Below, one piece after another: positions 47,698 to 57,135 of a stretch of DNA of 64,000 bases. The notes below the pieces were generated by a model. The model was not told the DNA's origin, did no database searches, and was given only the letters and a program-made list of their open reading frames with translations. The stretch is from positions 1,096 through 65,095 of the forward strand of contig CANRJP010000002.1 in NCBI GenBank assembly GCA_947630975.1, in the 5' to 3' direction. This DNA is from an uncultured Clostridia bacterium (GTDB taxonomy: Bacteria; Bacillota; Clostridia; UMGS1883). The position numbers and the translations under genes were made by a program. How positions within the stretch are numbered: the stretch's first letter is position 1; each line of letters starts with the position of its first letter.

Positions 47698-48445
47698 TTT
47701 TGTCGGAGCGGGCTGCGGCGCTTACGACCTTATAACGGTGCGCGGCGCACGGCTGCTCGGCGAGGCTGACGTGATAATTTACGCCGGTTCGCTGGTGAAC
47801 GAGGAGCTTCTCGGTTACTCGAGACCCGGCTGCGAGATATATAACAGTGCGCTGCTGACGTTGGACGAGGTCGTTGATATTATCGCGGAGGCCGAAAAAA
47901 AGGGCGGGAGAGTTGTTCGTCTGCACAGCGGCGACCCGTGTGTTTACGGAGCCGTCCGTGAGCAGATGGACAGACTGCGGGAGTTGGGCATAGCTTTTGA
48001 GGTCTGTCCCGGCGTCAGCTCATTCTGCGGAGCGGCGGCGGCCCTGAAAGCGGAGTACACCGTTCCCGGCGTCAGCCAGAGTGTTATAATTACCCGCATG
48101 GCGGGAAAAACTCCAGTGCCGGAGGGGGAGAGCATAGCCGCTCTCGCCGCTCACGGAGCGACAATGGTGATTTTTCTCAGCGCGGCCATGCTTAAGGAAT
48201 TGGCGGCGGAGCTGATAAAGGGCGGATATTCTCCCAAAACTCCGGCGGCCATAGTGTATAAGGCCTGCTGGCCCGACGAAAAAATCCTCCGCTGCACCGT
48301 GGGCACTCTGGCGGAAACGGCGGAAAGAGAAGGCGTGAAAAAGACGGCCCTCATTTGCGTGGGCAATTTTCTGGACGGGGATCATGAGCTTTCAAAACTC
48401 TATGACCGCAGCTTTACCACGGAATTCAGAAAGGCGAAAATATGA
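47690..48445 (+). CDS. cbiF: cobalt-precorrin-4 C11-methyltransferase
   Basis: TP_methylase fold (VGAGCGA.DLITVRG). CobM length. Confidence 0.85.
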   Translation: MVNFVGAGCGAYDLITVRGARLLGEADVIIYAGSLVNEELLGYSRPGCEIYNSALLTLDEVVDIIAEAEKKGGRVVRLHSGDPCVYGAVREQMDRLRELGIAFEVCPGVSSFCGAAAALKAEYTVPGVSQSVIITRMAGKTPVPEGESIAALAAHGATMVIFLSAAMLKELAAELIKGGYSPKTPAAIVYKACWPDEKILRCTVGTLAETAEREGVKKTALICVGNFLDGDHELSKLYDRSFTTEFRKAKI

Positions 48446-49458
48446 AAACGGCGGTCATATCTCTTACAAAAAACGGAATTGCCATCTCGGAAAAGATTGC
48501 CGCAAAAATGGACTGCGACCGATACGCCTTTGAGAAATACGCCGCGGAGGGGTCGGCTCCGTTTTCGTCCCTGAGCGCCCTCACGGCGGATATTTTCAGG
48601 AAATACGAGGGTCTTGTTTTCATTTGCGCCGTGGGCATAGCGGTCAGGGCCGTTGCTCCGCACCTTAAGTCAAAGCTCGCCGACCCCGCCGTCGTCGCAG
48701 TGGACGAAAGGGGAAAATTTGCGGTTTCGCTCCTTTCCGGCCATGTCGGCGGAGCAAACGTCCTTGCGGAAAAAATAGCGTCAGCCGTCGGCGCCGTCCC
48801 GGTAATTACCACGGCTACCGACGTGGGTGGAAAATTTTCACCCGACAGCTTCGCGAAGGCCAACGGCCTGCACGTTTTGGAGCCGGAATTGGCAAAGACC
48901 GTGGCGGTCGCCGCGGTAAACGGCGAACCGGTGGGCTTTTACAGCGACTGCCCGTGGAAAAACAAACCCGCCGCGCTGACGGACGAGGCGGATACGGGGG
49001 TTTGCGTTTCGGCCGACGGAGAGAAGAACCCTTTTAAAACTACCCTGCACCTGGTGCCGAAAAATGTGGTTTTGGGAGTGGGCTGCCGAAAAAACACCGA
49101 TTCGGAGGTCTTTGAAAAATTTGTCCTGAGGGCTCTTAAAGGTGCCGGAATTCCCCTTTACAGGCTGGCGGAGGTGCGGACGATAGACCGCAAAAAAGAC
49201 GAAAGGGCGATACTCGACTTTTGCCTGAAATACCGTCTGCCGCTTGAGCTGTATTCCCCCGAGGAGCTGGCCGGAGTGGAGGGCGGTTTCGGTTCGTCGG
49301 ACTTTGTGCTGAAAACCGTGGGCGTGGACAACGTGTGCGAACGGTGCGCCGCTTTTGGCGGCGGAAGGATCGCGCTGCCCAAAACAGCCGGAGAAGGCGT
49401 GACCGTGGCGGCGGCGGAAAAGGAAATCATGCTCGATTTTGAAAGGAAAATATTATGA
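48442..49458 (+). CDS. cbiG: cobalt-precorrin-5A hydrolase
   Basis: CbiG N-, middle- and C-domain pattern. Operon position between cbiF and cbiH. Confidence 0.8.
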   Translation: MKTAVISLTKNGIAISEKIAAKMDCDRYAFEKYAAEGSAPFSSLSALTADIFRKYEGLVFICAVGIAVRAVAPHLKSKLADPAVVAVDERGKFAVSLLSGHVGGANVLAEKIASAVGAVPVITTATDVGGKFSPDSFAKANGLHVLEPELAKTVAVAAVNGEPVGFYSDCPWKNKPAALTDEADTGVCVSADGEKNPFKTTLHLVPKNVVLGVGCRKNTDSEVFEKFVLRALKGAGIPLYRLAEVRTIDRKKDERAILDFCLKYRLPLELYSPEELAGVEGGFGSSDFVLKTVGVDNVCERCAAFGGGRIALPKTAGEGVTVAAAEKEIMLDFERKIL

Positions 49459-50174
49459 AGCTGTACATAGTGGGCTTCGGCCCCGGGAACCCGGATGGAA
49501 TGACCCTTGCCGCCCGCGCCGCCATAGAGCGGAGCGAACTGGTTGTGGGCTATACCGCGTATACCGAGCTGATGAGAAAAGTATTTCCGGAAAAAGAGTA
49601 TCTTTCCACGCCCATGAGAGGCGAGCTTGAACGGGTGAGGCTGGCTTTGGAAAGGGCGGCGGACGGAACCGTTTCGCTCATATGCAGCGGCGACAGTGAG
49701 GTTTACGGCCTTGCGGGTCTCGCTTTGGAGACCGCGCCCGACGGAGCGGATATCGAGATAGTGCCCGGCGTCACGGCGGCTCTTTCGGGAGGGGCGCTGC
49801 TGGGTGCGCCCTTAGGTCACGACTTTGCCGTCATAAGCCTTTCGGATCTGCTGACCCCGTGGGAAAAAATTGAAAAACGCCTTATATGCGCGGCCAAGGG
49901 CGATTTTGTTACAGTACTTTACAACCCCTCTTCAAAAAAACGGGCGGACGGCCTCGCCCGCGCCTGCAATGTTCTGCTCAAGATCAAGCGTCCGGACACG
50001 GTCTGCGGCCTCGCTAAGAACGTGGGGCGCGGCGGTGAGGAGACCCGCATACTCACGCTTGAGGAGCTTAAGGACACCGCCGTTGATATGTTCACCACGG
50101 TGTTTGTGGGCAGCAGCGAAACAAAGGCCGTAGACGGAAGAATGGTCACTCCGAGAGGATACAAAAATGTGTAG
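49455..50174 (+). CDS. cbiH: cobalt-precorrin-3B C17-methyltransferase
   Basis: TP_methylase motifs (VGFGPGNPDGMT). Confidence 0.85.
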   Translation: MKLYIVGFGPGNPDGMTLAARAAIERSELVVGYTAYTELMRKVFPEKEYLSTPMRGELERVRLALERAADGTVSLICSGDSEVYGLAGLALETAPDGADIEIVPGVTAALSGGALLGAPLGHDFAVISLSDLLTPWEKIEKRLICAAKGDFVTVLYNPSSKKRADGLARACNVLLKIKRPDTVCGLAKNVGRGGEETRILTLEELKDTAVDMFTTVFVGSSETKAVDGRMVTPRGYKNV

Positions 50175-50910
50175 TATACTTATTTTCGGCGGCACCGCCG
50201 AAGGGCGGGAGCTGGCCGAATTTTGCGCCGAAAGGAATATTCCCGTATGCGTCAGTGTCGCCACGGATTACGGAGCCGCCCTGCTGAGCGGGGTAAAGGT
50301 TTTGACCGGGCGGCTGTCGGCGGCGGAAATGCTGAAGCTGATAACCGAAAACGGCTTTGAGCTTGTCATTGACGCCACTCACCCCTTTGCCCGCGAGGTC
50401 ACGGCAAATATCCGCCGGGCCTGTGAAGGGGCGGGAGCACGGCTGTTAAGAGTGCTGCGGGAGAAGGATTGCGGCGGCGGCGGAAAATATTTCGACGGCA
50501 TGGACGATTTGATCGGTTATTTGTCCGAAACGGACGGAAATCTGCTGATAACTACCGGCAGCAAGGAGCTTGGCGGCTTTTGCGCCCTTGACAGTTACAG
50601 CAAGCGCTGCGCCGTCCGTGTGCTGCCTGTCGGAGAAGCGCGCTGCCTTGAGCTGGGGTTTGCGCCGGAACGCGTAATTGCCGCAAAAGGCCCTTTCACG
50701 AAGGAACAGAACGTTGAGCACATGAAAAAATTCGGCGTGCGGTACCTTGTAACCAAGGACAGCGGCAAGGCCGGCGGACTCGGCGAGAAGCTGGCCGCCG
50801 CGAAGGAGCTGGGCGTCACGGCGCTCATACTGAAAAGGCCCGAGGAAAACGGCTTTTCCGTCGACAAGGCGAAACAAATCATACTTGAAATTGGTGAAGC
50901 TCATGGTTAA
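50167..50910 (+). CDS. cbiJ: cobalt-precorrin-6A reductase
   Basis: CobK/CbiJ N-terminus (ILIFGGTAEGRELA). Confidence 0.8.
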   Translation: MCSILIFGGTAEGRELAEFCAERNIPVCVSVATDYGAALLSGVKVLTGRLSAAEMLKLITENGFELVIDATHPFAREVTANIRRACEGAGARLLRVLREKDCGGGGKYFDGMDDLIGYLSETDGNLLITTGSKELGGFCALDSYSKRCAVRVLPVGEARCLELGFAPERVIAAKGPFTKEQNVEHMKKFGVRYLVTKDSGKAGGLGEKLAAAKELGVTALILKRPEENGFSVDKAKQIILEIGEAHG

Positions 50911-52090
50911 AGAAATTTTCATAGTGGGTTCAGGTATGGACGGGGCCGCGACCTTGACCGCCGAAGCGGGAGCGGCGATTGCCGGAGCCGATGAGCTTAT
51001 TGGCTCAAAACGTTTGCTGGAGCCGTTCGGGGATTTTAACAAACCCGTGTTCGAGTCCTTTTCGGCTGCCGAAATCGCGGCCCATATCGCGGAAAGCGAA
51101 AATAAAAGCGCCGCCGTGCTCATGTCGGGCGACTGCGGCTTTTACAGCGGCGCTCGGGGGCTTTTGCCGCTTTTAAAGGACTGTGACGTAAAGATAATTC
51201 CCGGAATATCCGCTCCCGTCTATTTTTGCGCAAAGCTAAAAATGCCTTGGCAGGATCTGCATTTTGTCAGTCTGCACGGCAGAGAAGGGGCCGTTGTGCG
51301 GCCCGTATGCTCACACGAAAAAACATTCTTTTTGCTGGGCGGCAGGCTCACTCCCGCGAATATCTGCCAAAGACTGACCGAATACGGCCTTGGCGGCCTG
51401 ACCGTCCACGTCGGCGAAAATTTCGCCCTTGAAAACGAAAGGATCATATCGGCTCCGGCCCGCGACCTGACGGAGCTGAAAACCGGCGGCCTTTGCGCCG
51501 TTATAGCGGAAAATCCCGGCTTCGAGCCCGGTCTGCCCGCCCTCATAAATGACGGCGAATTTGTTCGGGGCAAAACTCCCATGACAAAGGCGGAGGTGCG
51601 GTGCGTCTGCGTTTCGGGACTGAATATCGGACGGGACGACGTCTGCTGGGACGTGGGCGCGGGCACAGGCTCCGTGAGCGTTGAAATGGCTTTCCGCTGC
51701 GGCGGGGGCAGAGTCTACGCTGTGGAGCGCGACCCCGAGGCGATTAAACTCATAGACCAAAACCGGAAAAAGTTCGGCTGCGACAACATCGTGCCCGTCC
51801 ACGGAGGCGCTCCGGAAATTTTGCCGTCTCTTCCGTCGCCGGATCGGGTGTTCATTGGCGGCAGCGGAGGAAAATTAAAGGAGACAGCCGCCGCCGTAAA
51901 AGCCGCAAATCCGGCCGCGGCCGTGACCGCCACGGCCGTGTCGCTGGAAACGCTGGCCGAACTGACGGGAATTTTTTCGGAGGACAGCGAGATAACGCAG
52001 ATCGCCGTGACGCGGACAAAAAAATTCGGCGCGCATACCATGCTTTCCGCCGAAAATCCGGTGTTTATTGTGAGAGGTACGTTGAGATGA
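50903..52090 (+). CDS. cbiET: cobalt-precorrin-6B/7 methyltransferase fusion CbiE-CbiT
   Basis: N-terminal TP_methylase half. C-terminal SAM-MTase half (DVGAGTGSVSVE). Confidence 0.8.
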   Translation: MVKEIFIVGSGMDGAATLTAEAGAAIAGADELIGSKRLLEPFGDFNKPVFESFSAAEIAAHIAESENKSAAVLMSGDCGFYSGARGLLPLLKDCDVKIIPGISAPVYFCAKLKMPWQDLHFVSLHGREGAVVRPVCSHEKTFFLLGGRLTPANICQRLTEYGLGGLTVHVGENFALENERIISAPARDLTELKTGGLCAVIAENPGFEPGLPALINDGEFVRGKTPMTKAEVRCVCVSGLNIGRDDVCWDVGAGTGSVSVEMAFRCGGGRVYAVERDPEAIKLIDQNRKKFGCDNIVPVHGGAPEILPSLPSPDRVFIGGSGGKLKETAAAVKAANPAAAVTATAVSLETLAELTGIFSEDSEITQIAVTRTKKFGAHTMLSAENPVFIVRGTLR

Positions 52091-53412
52091 AGCGCGTCAT
52101 TATAGCCGGGACCCACAGCGGCTGCGGCAAGACCGCCGTTACCTGTGCCCTTTTGCAGGCGTTGGTAAATCGCGGCCTTTCACCGTCGGCCTTTAAGTGC
52201 GGGCCGGACTACATCGATCCGATGTTCCACAGCCGCGTGATCGGCCTTCCTTCCCGAAATCTCGACCCCTGGTTCTGCGATAGGGATATGATAAACTGTA
52301 TCTTGCACAGGCACGGCGGGGAAATTTCGGTCATCGAGGGCGTTATGGGCTTTTACGACGGCGTCGGAGAAGGGGCGTCCACCCATGCTTTGACCGTTGA
52401 GACGGGGACGCCCACGGTCATTGTCGCGGACTGCAAGGGAATGAGCCTCTCGATCGGCGCGGAGATAAAAGGCTTTCTCACCTTCCGCGAGCCAAACAAT
52501 ATCGTCGGCTTTATCTTCAACCGTCTGCCGGAAAGTCTTGTACCGACGGCAAAGAGCCTTTGCGAGGAGCTTGGCACAAGGTATCTCGGGCGGCTGCCGT
52601 ACAAAAAAGAGCTGTCGATAGAAAGCCGCCGCCTGGGACTTGTGACCGCCGGTGAAATAAGTGATATAAAGCAAAAATTGGAAGAACTGTCCGGCCTTGC
52701 CGAGGAGAATATTTTGATAGACGAAATTTTGAGCCTGGGCGCGGCGGCGGAGGACGTCCCTTTCGCGCCGCCGAGTGTGCCGAAGATAGACGGAAAACCG
52801 CTGAAAATCGCCGTGGCGAGGGACAGGGCGTTTTGCTTTTATTATGAGGACAACCTCGACCTGCTTCGGGAGATGGGCTGTGAGCTTGCGGAGTTTTCGC
52901 CTTTGAGCGACGGCTCCCTGCCCGAAAATATAGACGGCCTGCTCCTCGGCGGCGGCTATCCCGAGCTTTACGCGGCGGAGCTTGCGGCAAATATCCCCAT
53001 GCTTTCGGATATACGCGGTAAAATTTTGTGCGGCCTGCCGACCGTTGCGGAGTGCGGCGGCTTCATGTACCTATGCAAAAGTATCGGCGGTCACAGAACC
53101 GTCGGCGTTATCGACGCCGAAGCCCGCGACGCCGGTCGGCTCCGCCGTTTCGGATATGTCGAGCTGCGACCTCTCGGAGAAAGCCCTTTTGGAAATTGCG
53201 GCTTGAAAGGTCACGAGTTCCACTACTGGGACGTTTGCGACCCCGGCGGGGGATATGCCGCCGTGAGGGCGAGGGACGGCTCGGAATATTTCTGCGCCCA
53301 CACCGGCCCGGCTCTGTATGCGGGCTTTCCGCACCTTTATCTGTATTCAAATCCGACGGCGGCGGCAAATTTCGTAAAAAAATGTCAGGAGTACAAAAAT
53401 GCACAGACTTAA
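52087..53412 (+). CDS. cbiA: cobyrinate a,c-diamide synthase
   Basis: N-terminal P-loop GTHSGCGKT. C-terminal glutamine amidotransferase domain. Confidence 0.85.
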   Translation: MKRVIIAGTHSGCGKTAVTCALLQALVNRGLSPSAFKCGPDYIDPMFHSRVIGLPSRNLDPWFCDRDMINCILHRHGGEISVIEGVMGFYDGVGEGASTHALTVETGTPTVIVADCKGMSLSIGAEIKGFLTFREPNNIVGFIFNRLPESLVPTAKSLCEELGTRYLGRLPYKKELSIESRRLGLVTAGEISDIKQKLEELSGLAEENILIDEILSLGAAAEDVPFAPPSVPKIDGKPLKIAVARDRAFCFYYEDNLDLLREMGCELAEFSPLSDGSLPENIDGLLLGGGYPELYAAELAANIPMLSDIRGKILCGLPTVAECGGFMYLCKSIGGHRTVGVIDAEARDAGRLRRFGYVELRPLGESPFGNCGLKGHEFHYWDVCDPGGGYAAVRARDGSEYFCAHTGPALYAGFPHLYLYSNPTAAANFVKKCQEYKNAQT

Positions 53413-54442
53413 AAATATATCCCCGCCGGACGCTGCGGCCATGGAACGGGCAAGGGAACGGTGGAACTCCGTGGCGAAGCCTCTCCACAGTCTCGGACTT
53501 TTGGAGGACGCCGTGGTGAAGATCGCCGGAATAAAGGGTAGTGAATGCTTCGAACTGAAAAAGCGCGTCGCGGTCGTGATGTGCGCCGACAACGGTGTTG
53601 TGTCCGAGGGAGTTACCCAGACGGACAGCGCCGTCACCGCTGTTGTCGCGGCGGAAGCCGCCGCCGGGCGCTCGAGCGTGAACTGCCTTGCCGCCGTATA
53701 CGGAGCCGAGGTTTTAACCGTGGATATGGGTATGAAGGCGCCCGTCCCCGGCGTCCTTGACCGCCGCATTGCCGCCGGCACCGGCAATATCGCCGACGGC
53801 CCCGCAATGAGCAGGGACGAGGCCGAAAGGGCCGTCGCCGCCGGGATAGATATCATGCGCGGCCTGAAAGAAAACGGCACGGACATAGTCGCCGCCGGGG
53901 AGATGGGTATCGGCAACACTGCCACGTCGGCCGCCGTGGCCTCGGCTTTGCTGAACCTCCCTCCCGAGCTGACTGTGGGGCGCGGCGCGGGTATAGACGG
54001 TGAGGGATTTAAGCGGAAAATTCACGCCGTCCGCCGTGCGCTGGAGATAAATCGGCCCGACCCGGACGACCCGATGGAAGTGCTCTCCAAGCTTGGCGGC
54101 TTTGATATTGCCGGAATGACGGGCCTTTTCCTGGGAGGAGCGGTTTACGGCACGCCGGTGATAATCGACGGCCTCATATCCTTGGCGGCAGCGGCGCTGG
54201 CGGTAAAAATAGCGCCGATGTCAAGGGAGTATATGCTGGCGTCCCATGCTTCAAAGGAACCGGCGGCAAAAACGCTGGCGGAAAGGCTTGGCCTGAGTCC
54301 GGTCATAACCGCCGGCCTCGCCCTCGGTGAGGGAACCGGCGCTTTGATGCTGCTGCCGCTGCTTGACGGGGCGCTGGCTGTATATAACGGTGCTCACCGC
54401 TTCGACGAGCTTCCGATGGAAAGGTATGTTGAACTATGCTGA
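53399..54442 (+). CDS. cobT: nicotinate-nucleotide--dimethylbenzimidazole phosphoribosyltransferase
   Basis: CobT family motifs (GEMGIGNTA). Confidence 0.85.
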   Translation: MHRLKNISPPDAAAMERARERWNSVAKPLHSLGLLEDAVVKIAGIKGSECFELKKRVAVVMCADNGVVSEGVTQTDSAVTAVVAAEAAAGRSSVNCLAAVYGAEVLTVDMGMKAPVPGVLDRRIAAGTGNIADGPAMSRDEAERAVAAGIDIMRGLKENGTDIVAAGEMGIGNTATSAAVASALLNLPPELTVGRGAGIDGEGFKRKIHAVRRALEINRPDPDDPMEVLSKLGGFDIAGMTGLFLGGAVYGTPVIIDGLISLAAAALAVKIAPMSREYMLASHASKEPAAKTLAERLGLSPVITAGLALGEGTGALMLLPLLDGALAVYNGAHRFDELPMERYVELC

Positions 54443-54960
54443 CTCTTATTACCGGCGGAAGTAAGTGCGGCAAATCCCGCATGGCCGAGACCCTGGCCGT
54501 GTCTTGCGGCCTGCCGCTTTACTATATCGCCACTATGGAGCCCTCGGGGCGGGAGGCGGAGATCCTGATAGGCCGCCATCGAAGGCAGCGCGAGGGCAAG
54601 GGCTTTGTCACGGTCGAGCGATATACCGATATTGGCGGCGTTTTCTTGCCCAGAGGCTGCTGTGCACTGTTGGAGGACGCGGGCAACCTTTTGGCAAACG
54701 AGATGTTTTCGGCCAAGGCTCCCGCCCCCGCGGAAAAGATAATTGCCGGAATAGAAAAGCTGAAAAAAACGGCCGCCCGACTCATAGTTGTGACAAATGA
54801 GGTTGGCCGCGACGGCCTGAACTATTCCGCCGAAACGAGGGAATATATCAGGCTGATGGGGGAGATAAACCGCCGCGCCGCCGAAATGGCGGACATGGTT
54901 ATCGAAGCCGTTTTCGGCATACCCGTGACGCTGAAAGGAGAACGCCCGGAATGCTTATAA
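54436..54960 (+). CDS. cobU: adenosylcobinamide kinase / adenosylcobinamide-phosphate guanylyltransferase
   Basis: MLTLITGGSKCGKS P-loop. 174 aa. Confidence 0.85.
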   Translation: MLTLITGGSKCGKSRMAETLAVSCGLPLYYIATMEPSGREAEILIGRHRRQREGKGFVTVERYTDIGGVFLPRGCCALLEDAGNLLANEMFSAKAPAPAEKIIAGIEKLKKTAARLIVVTNEVGRDGLNYSAETREYIRLMGEINRRAAEMADMVIEAVFGIPVTLKGERPECL

Positions 54961-55724
54961 AGTCAATGCTTTCCGCCTTCCTCATGTATTCCCGCATACC
55001 CGTGCCCCAAGTCGAGTGGAAAGACGTGAACCGCCGTTATTCTCTGTGCTTTTTCCCGCTGGTTGGGGCGTTCGTCGGAGGCGCGGAGCTTTTGTGGTTT
55101 TTGATGTACCGAGTTCTCGGCTTCAATTCCCTGCTGTTCGGGACCGGAAGTGCGGCGCTGCCCATTATTTTAACCGGCGGAATACATATGGACGGCTACT
55201 GCGACGTAAACGACGCGCTGGCAAGCTGCGGCACAAGGGAGAAAATGCTGAATATAATGAGTGACCCAAATATCGGCTCCTTCGCGGCCGTGAGGGCGGG
55301 GCTGTATCTGTTAATTCAGCTTGGCCTTTTCGCGCAAATAAAGACTTGGCCGATGATGGCGGTCTGCGCCTTGAGCTTTGTGCAGTCGAGGGCGCTGAGC
55401 GGCCTTGGAACGGTGCTGCTGAAGAGCGCGAAGGAGAGCGGCGCCCTGCAAAGCTTCCGCCGTCCGGCGGACAGGCGGGCGGTAATTGTGAGCGAACCGG
55501 CGGTTTTGCTGCTGACGCTGATTTTGGCGGCCCTTGCCGACCCGATATGCGGCGGCTGCGCCTTTGCCGCCGAGGCGGTCTGCTTTGTTTACTACCGCAA
55601 AATGTCATACAAAAAGTTCGGCGGCGTGACCGGCGATCTGGCGGGATATTTTTTGCAGATATGCGAGCTTGGAGCCGTGGGCGCGGCGGTTTTTGCGGAT
55701 TTAGTGAGGAGCGCGGTTTTATGA
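54951..55724 (+). CDS. cobS: adenosylcobinamide-GDP ribazoletransferase (cobalamin synthase)
   Basis: CobS polytopic membrane protein pattern. Confidence 0.85.
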   Translation: MLIKSMLSAFLMYSRIPVPQVEWKDVNRRYSLCFFPLVGAFVGGAELLWFLMYRVLGFNSLLFGTGSAALPIILTGGIHMDGYCDVNDALASCGTREKMLNIMSDPNIGSFAAVRAGLYLLIQLGLFAQIKTWPMMAVCALSFVQSRALSGLGTVLLKSAKESGALQSFRRPADRRAVIVSEPAVLLLTLILAALADPICGGCAFAAEAVCFVYYRKMSYKKFGGVTGDLAGYFLQICELGAVGAAVFADLVRSAVL

Positions 55725-56047
55725 GACTTATTGTGGGCGGGGCCCATCAGGGCAAGACCCGCTACGCGGAAACAAAATACGGCGGATGCGTGGGCGGCTT
55801 CCAAATCAAGATACAGGAATGGCTCAGGGTCGGTCTGGATCCTTTTGCCGAAACGGAAAAATTCCTTGCGGAGCATCCCGACGCCGTCATAGTTATGGAC
55901 GAGATAGGCTGCGGAATAGTGCCGATAGAAAAAGATGACCGCGCCTGGCGCGAGGCCGTGGGCCGGATCGGGTGCGCTCTCGCGGAAAAGGCCGAGACGG
56001 TGGAGCGTATTGTCTGCGGCATTCCGGTAAAAATCAAGGGGCTGTAA
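55721..56047 (+). CDS. short CobU-like paralog (108 aa) lacking the central region
   Basis: ATG overlaps the cobS stop (ATGA). N-terminus MRLIVGGAHQGKTRYAE and C-terminus GIPVKIKGL match the CobU ends. The stop codon lies inside the TIR of 530-bp element copy 3. Confidence 0.5.
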   Translation: MRLIVGGAHQGKTRYAETKYGGCVGGFQIKIQEWLRVGLDPFAETEKFLAEHPDAVIVMDEIGCGIVPIEKDDRAWREAVGRIGCALAEKAETVERIVCGIPVKIKGL

Positions 56048-56563
56048 AAAAACTGACTACATAATCTGGAGGCACGGGGGCCGGTCGAAAAAATCGTGCA
56101 GAACGGCGTCGTCACAAGCTCGGTATCGCTTGTTTCGATTTGAAAAATCGAAACGTGGCTCACCTCGCTGCTCCTCCTTTTCCCCACAAACAACTTTGTT
56201 GTTTGTGGGGAGTGGTGCTGTCAAACTCGCAAAAGGTTGATAGCAAGCGCAGGCGTAATGAGGGCGGCTTACCCGCCCGAATAGCCGGAGCGCCGCGTGA
56301 CCTTTTGCGAAGAAGGAGGGGCAAGCCCTCGTGCGACGGCATTTTTGCAAAAAAGTGTCGGAGCATAGACGGGCTTTGCCCCGACGCCACCGAGGGTGAT
56401 TTTCGTTCGTAGTTCAAGGGCATAAAAATGAGAAAATTCGTTATGGCGAATTTTCTACATTATGCAATTATTTTGTTTTTATTGACTGGTTATATAACAC
56501 TCAAATTTGCCTTAAATTAAGTCATTTAGCCCTTGAACGATCTGCGCCATTTTTTTACGGCCC
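56038..56563. mobile_element. ~530-bp TIR-bounded repeat element, copy 3 (inserted inside the cob operon)
   Basis: TIRs GGGGCTGTAAAAAAA / TTTTTTTACGGCCC. Same internal palindromes as copies 1 and 2. Confidence 0.7.
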
Positions 56564-56580
56564 ATCAAGGAGTGAAAATT

Positions 56581-57135
56581 ATGAAGCTTTACTTTATCCG
56601 CCACGGCAAAACCGCCGGTAATCTGGAAAAACGCTACATCGGCGCGACCGATGAGGGGCTGTGTGGGGCGGGACGCCTTGAGCTGGAGCGGACGGCCTAT
56701 CCGGACGCTGAGCCAGTGATAACAAGTCCCCTGCGCCGCTGCCTTGAAACGGCGGAGATAATATATCCCCGCAAGACACCGCTGATTGTTGACGGGTTCA
56801 GGGAATGTGACTTCGGAGCCTTTGAAGGGAAAAATTACAGTGATTTGAACGGCAGCCGGGATTATCAGCGGTGGATAGACAGCGGCGGCAAGATGGCCTT
56901 TCCCGGCGGCGAGGACATGGCGGGCTTTTGCGCCCGCACGGTTGCCGCCTTTGAGGAGATTATACCCAGACTTTCCGACGGAACCGCCTTTGTGGTTCAC
57001 GGCGGAACGGTCATGGCCCTGCTTGAAAGGTATGAGCTCCCGAGGAAAAAGTTTTACGATTATTATACGGAAAACGGCCATGGCTTTGCCGTGAATTTTG
57101 ACGGCGGGGCCATGCGTGTTATCGGGAGGCTGTGA
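56581..57135 (+). CDS. cobC: histidine-phosphatase family alpha-ribazole phosphatase
   Basis: RHG motif (LYFIRHGKT). ATG 56581 after AAGGAG. Confidence 0.75.
   Translation: MKLYFIRHGKTAGNLEKRYIGATDEGLCGAGRLELERTAYPDAEPVITSPLRRCLETAEIIYPRKTPLIVDGFRECDFGAFEGKNYSDLNGSRDYQRWIDSGGKMAFPGGEDMAGFCARTVAAFEEIIPRLSDGTAFVVHGGTVMALLERYELPRKKFYDYYTENGHGFAVNFDGGAMRVIGRL

Noticed and set aside
55346-55720. 5' part of ORF 55346-56047 overlapping cobS.
   Set aside because: It lies in a different frame from cobS and is Arg/Gly-rich. The real start of the CobU-like gene is the ATG at 55721, which overlaps the cobS stop.
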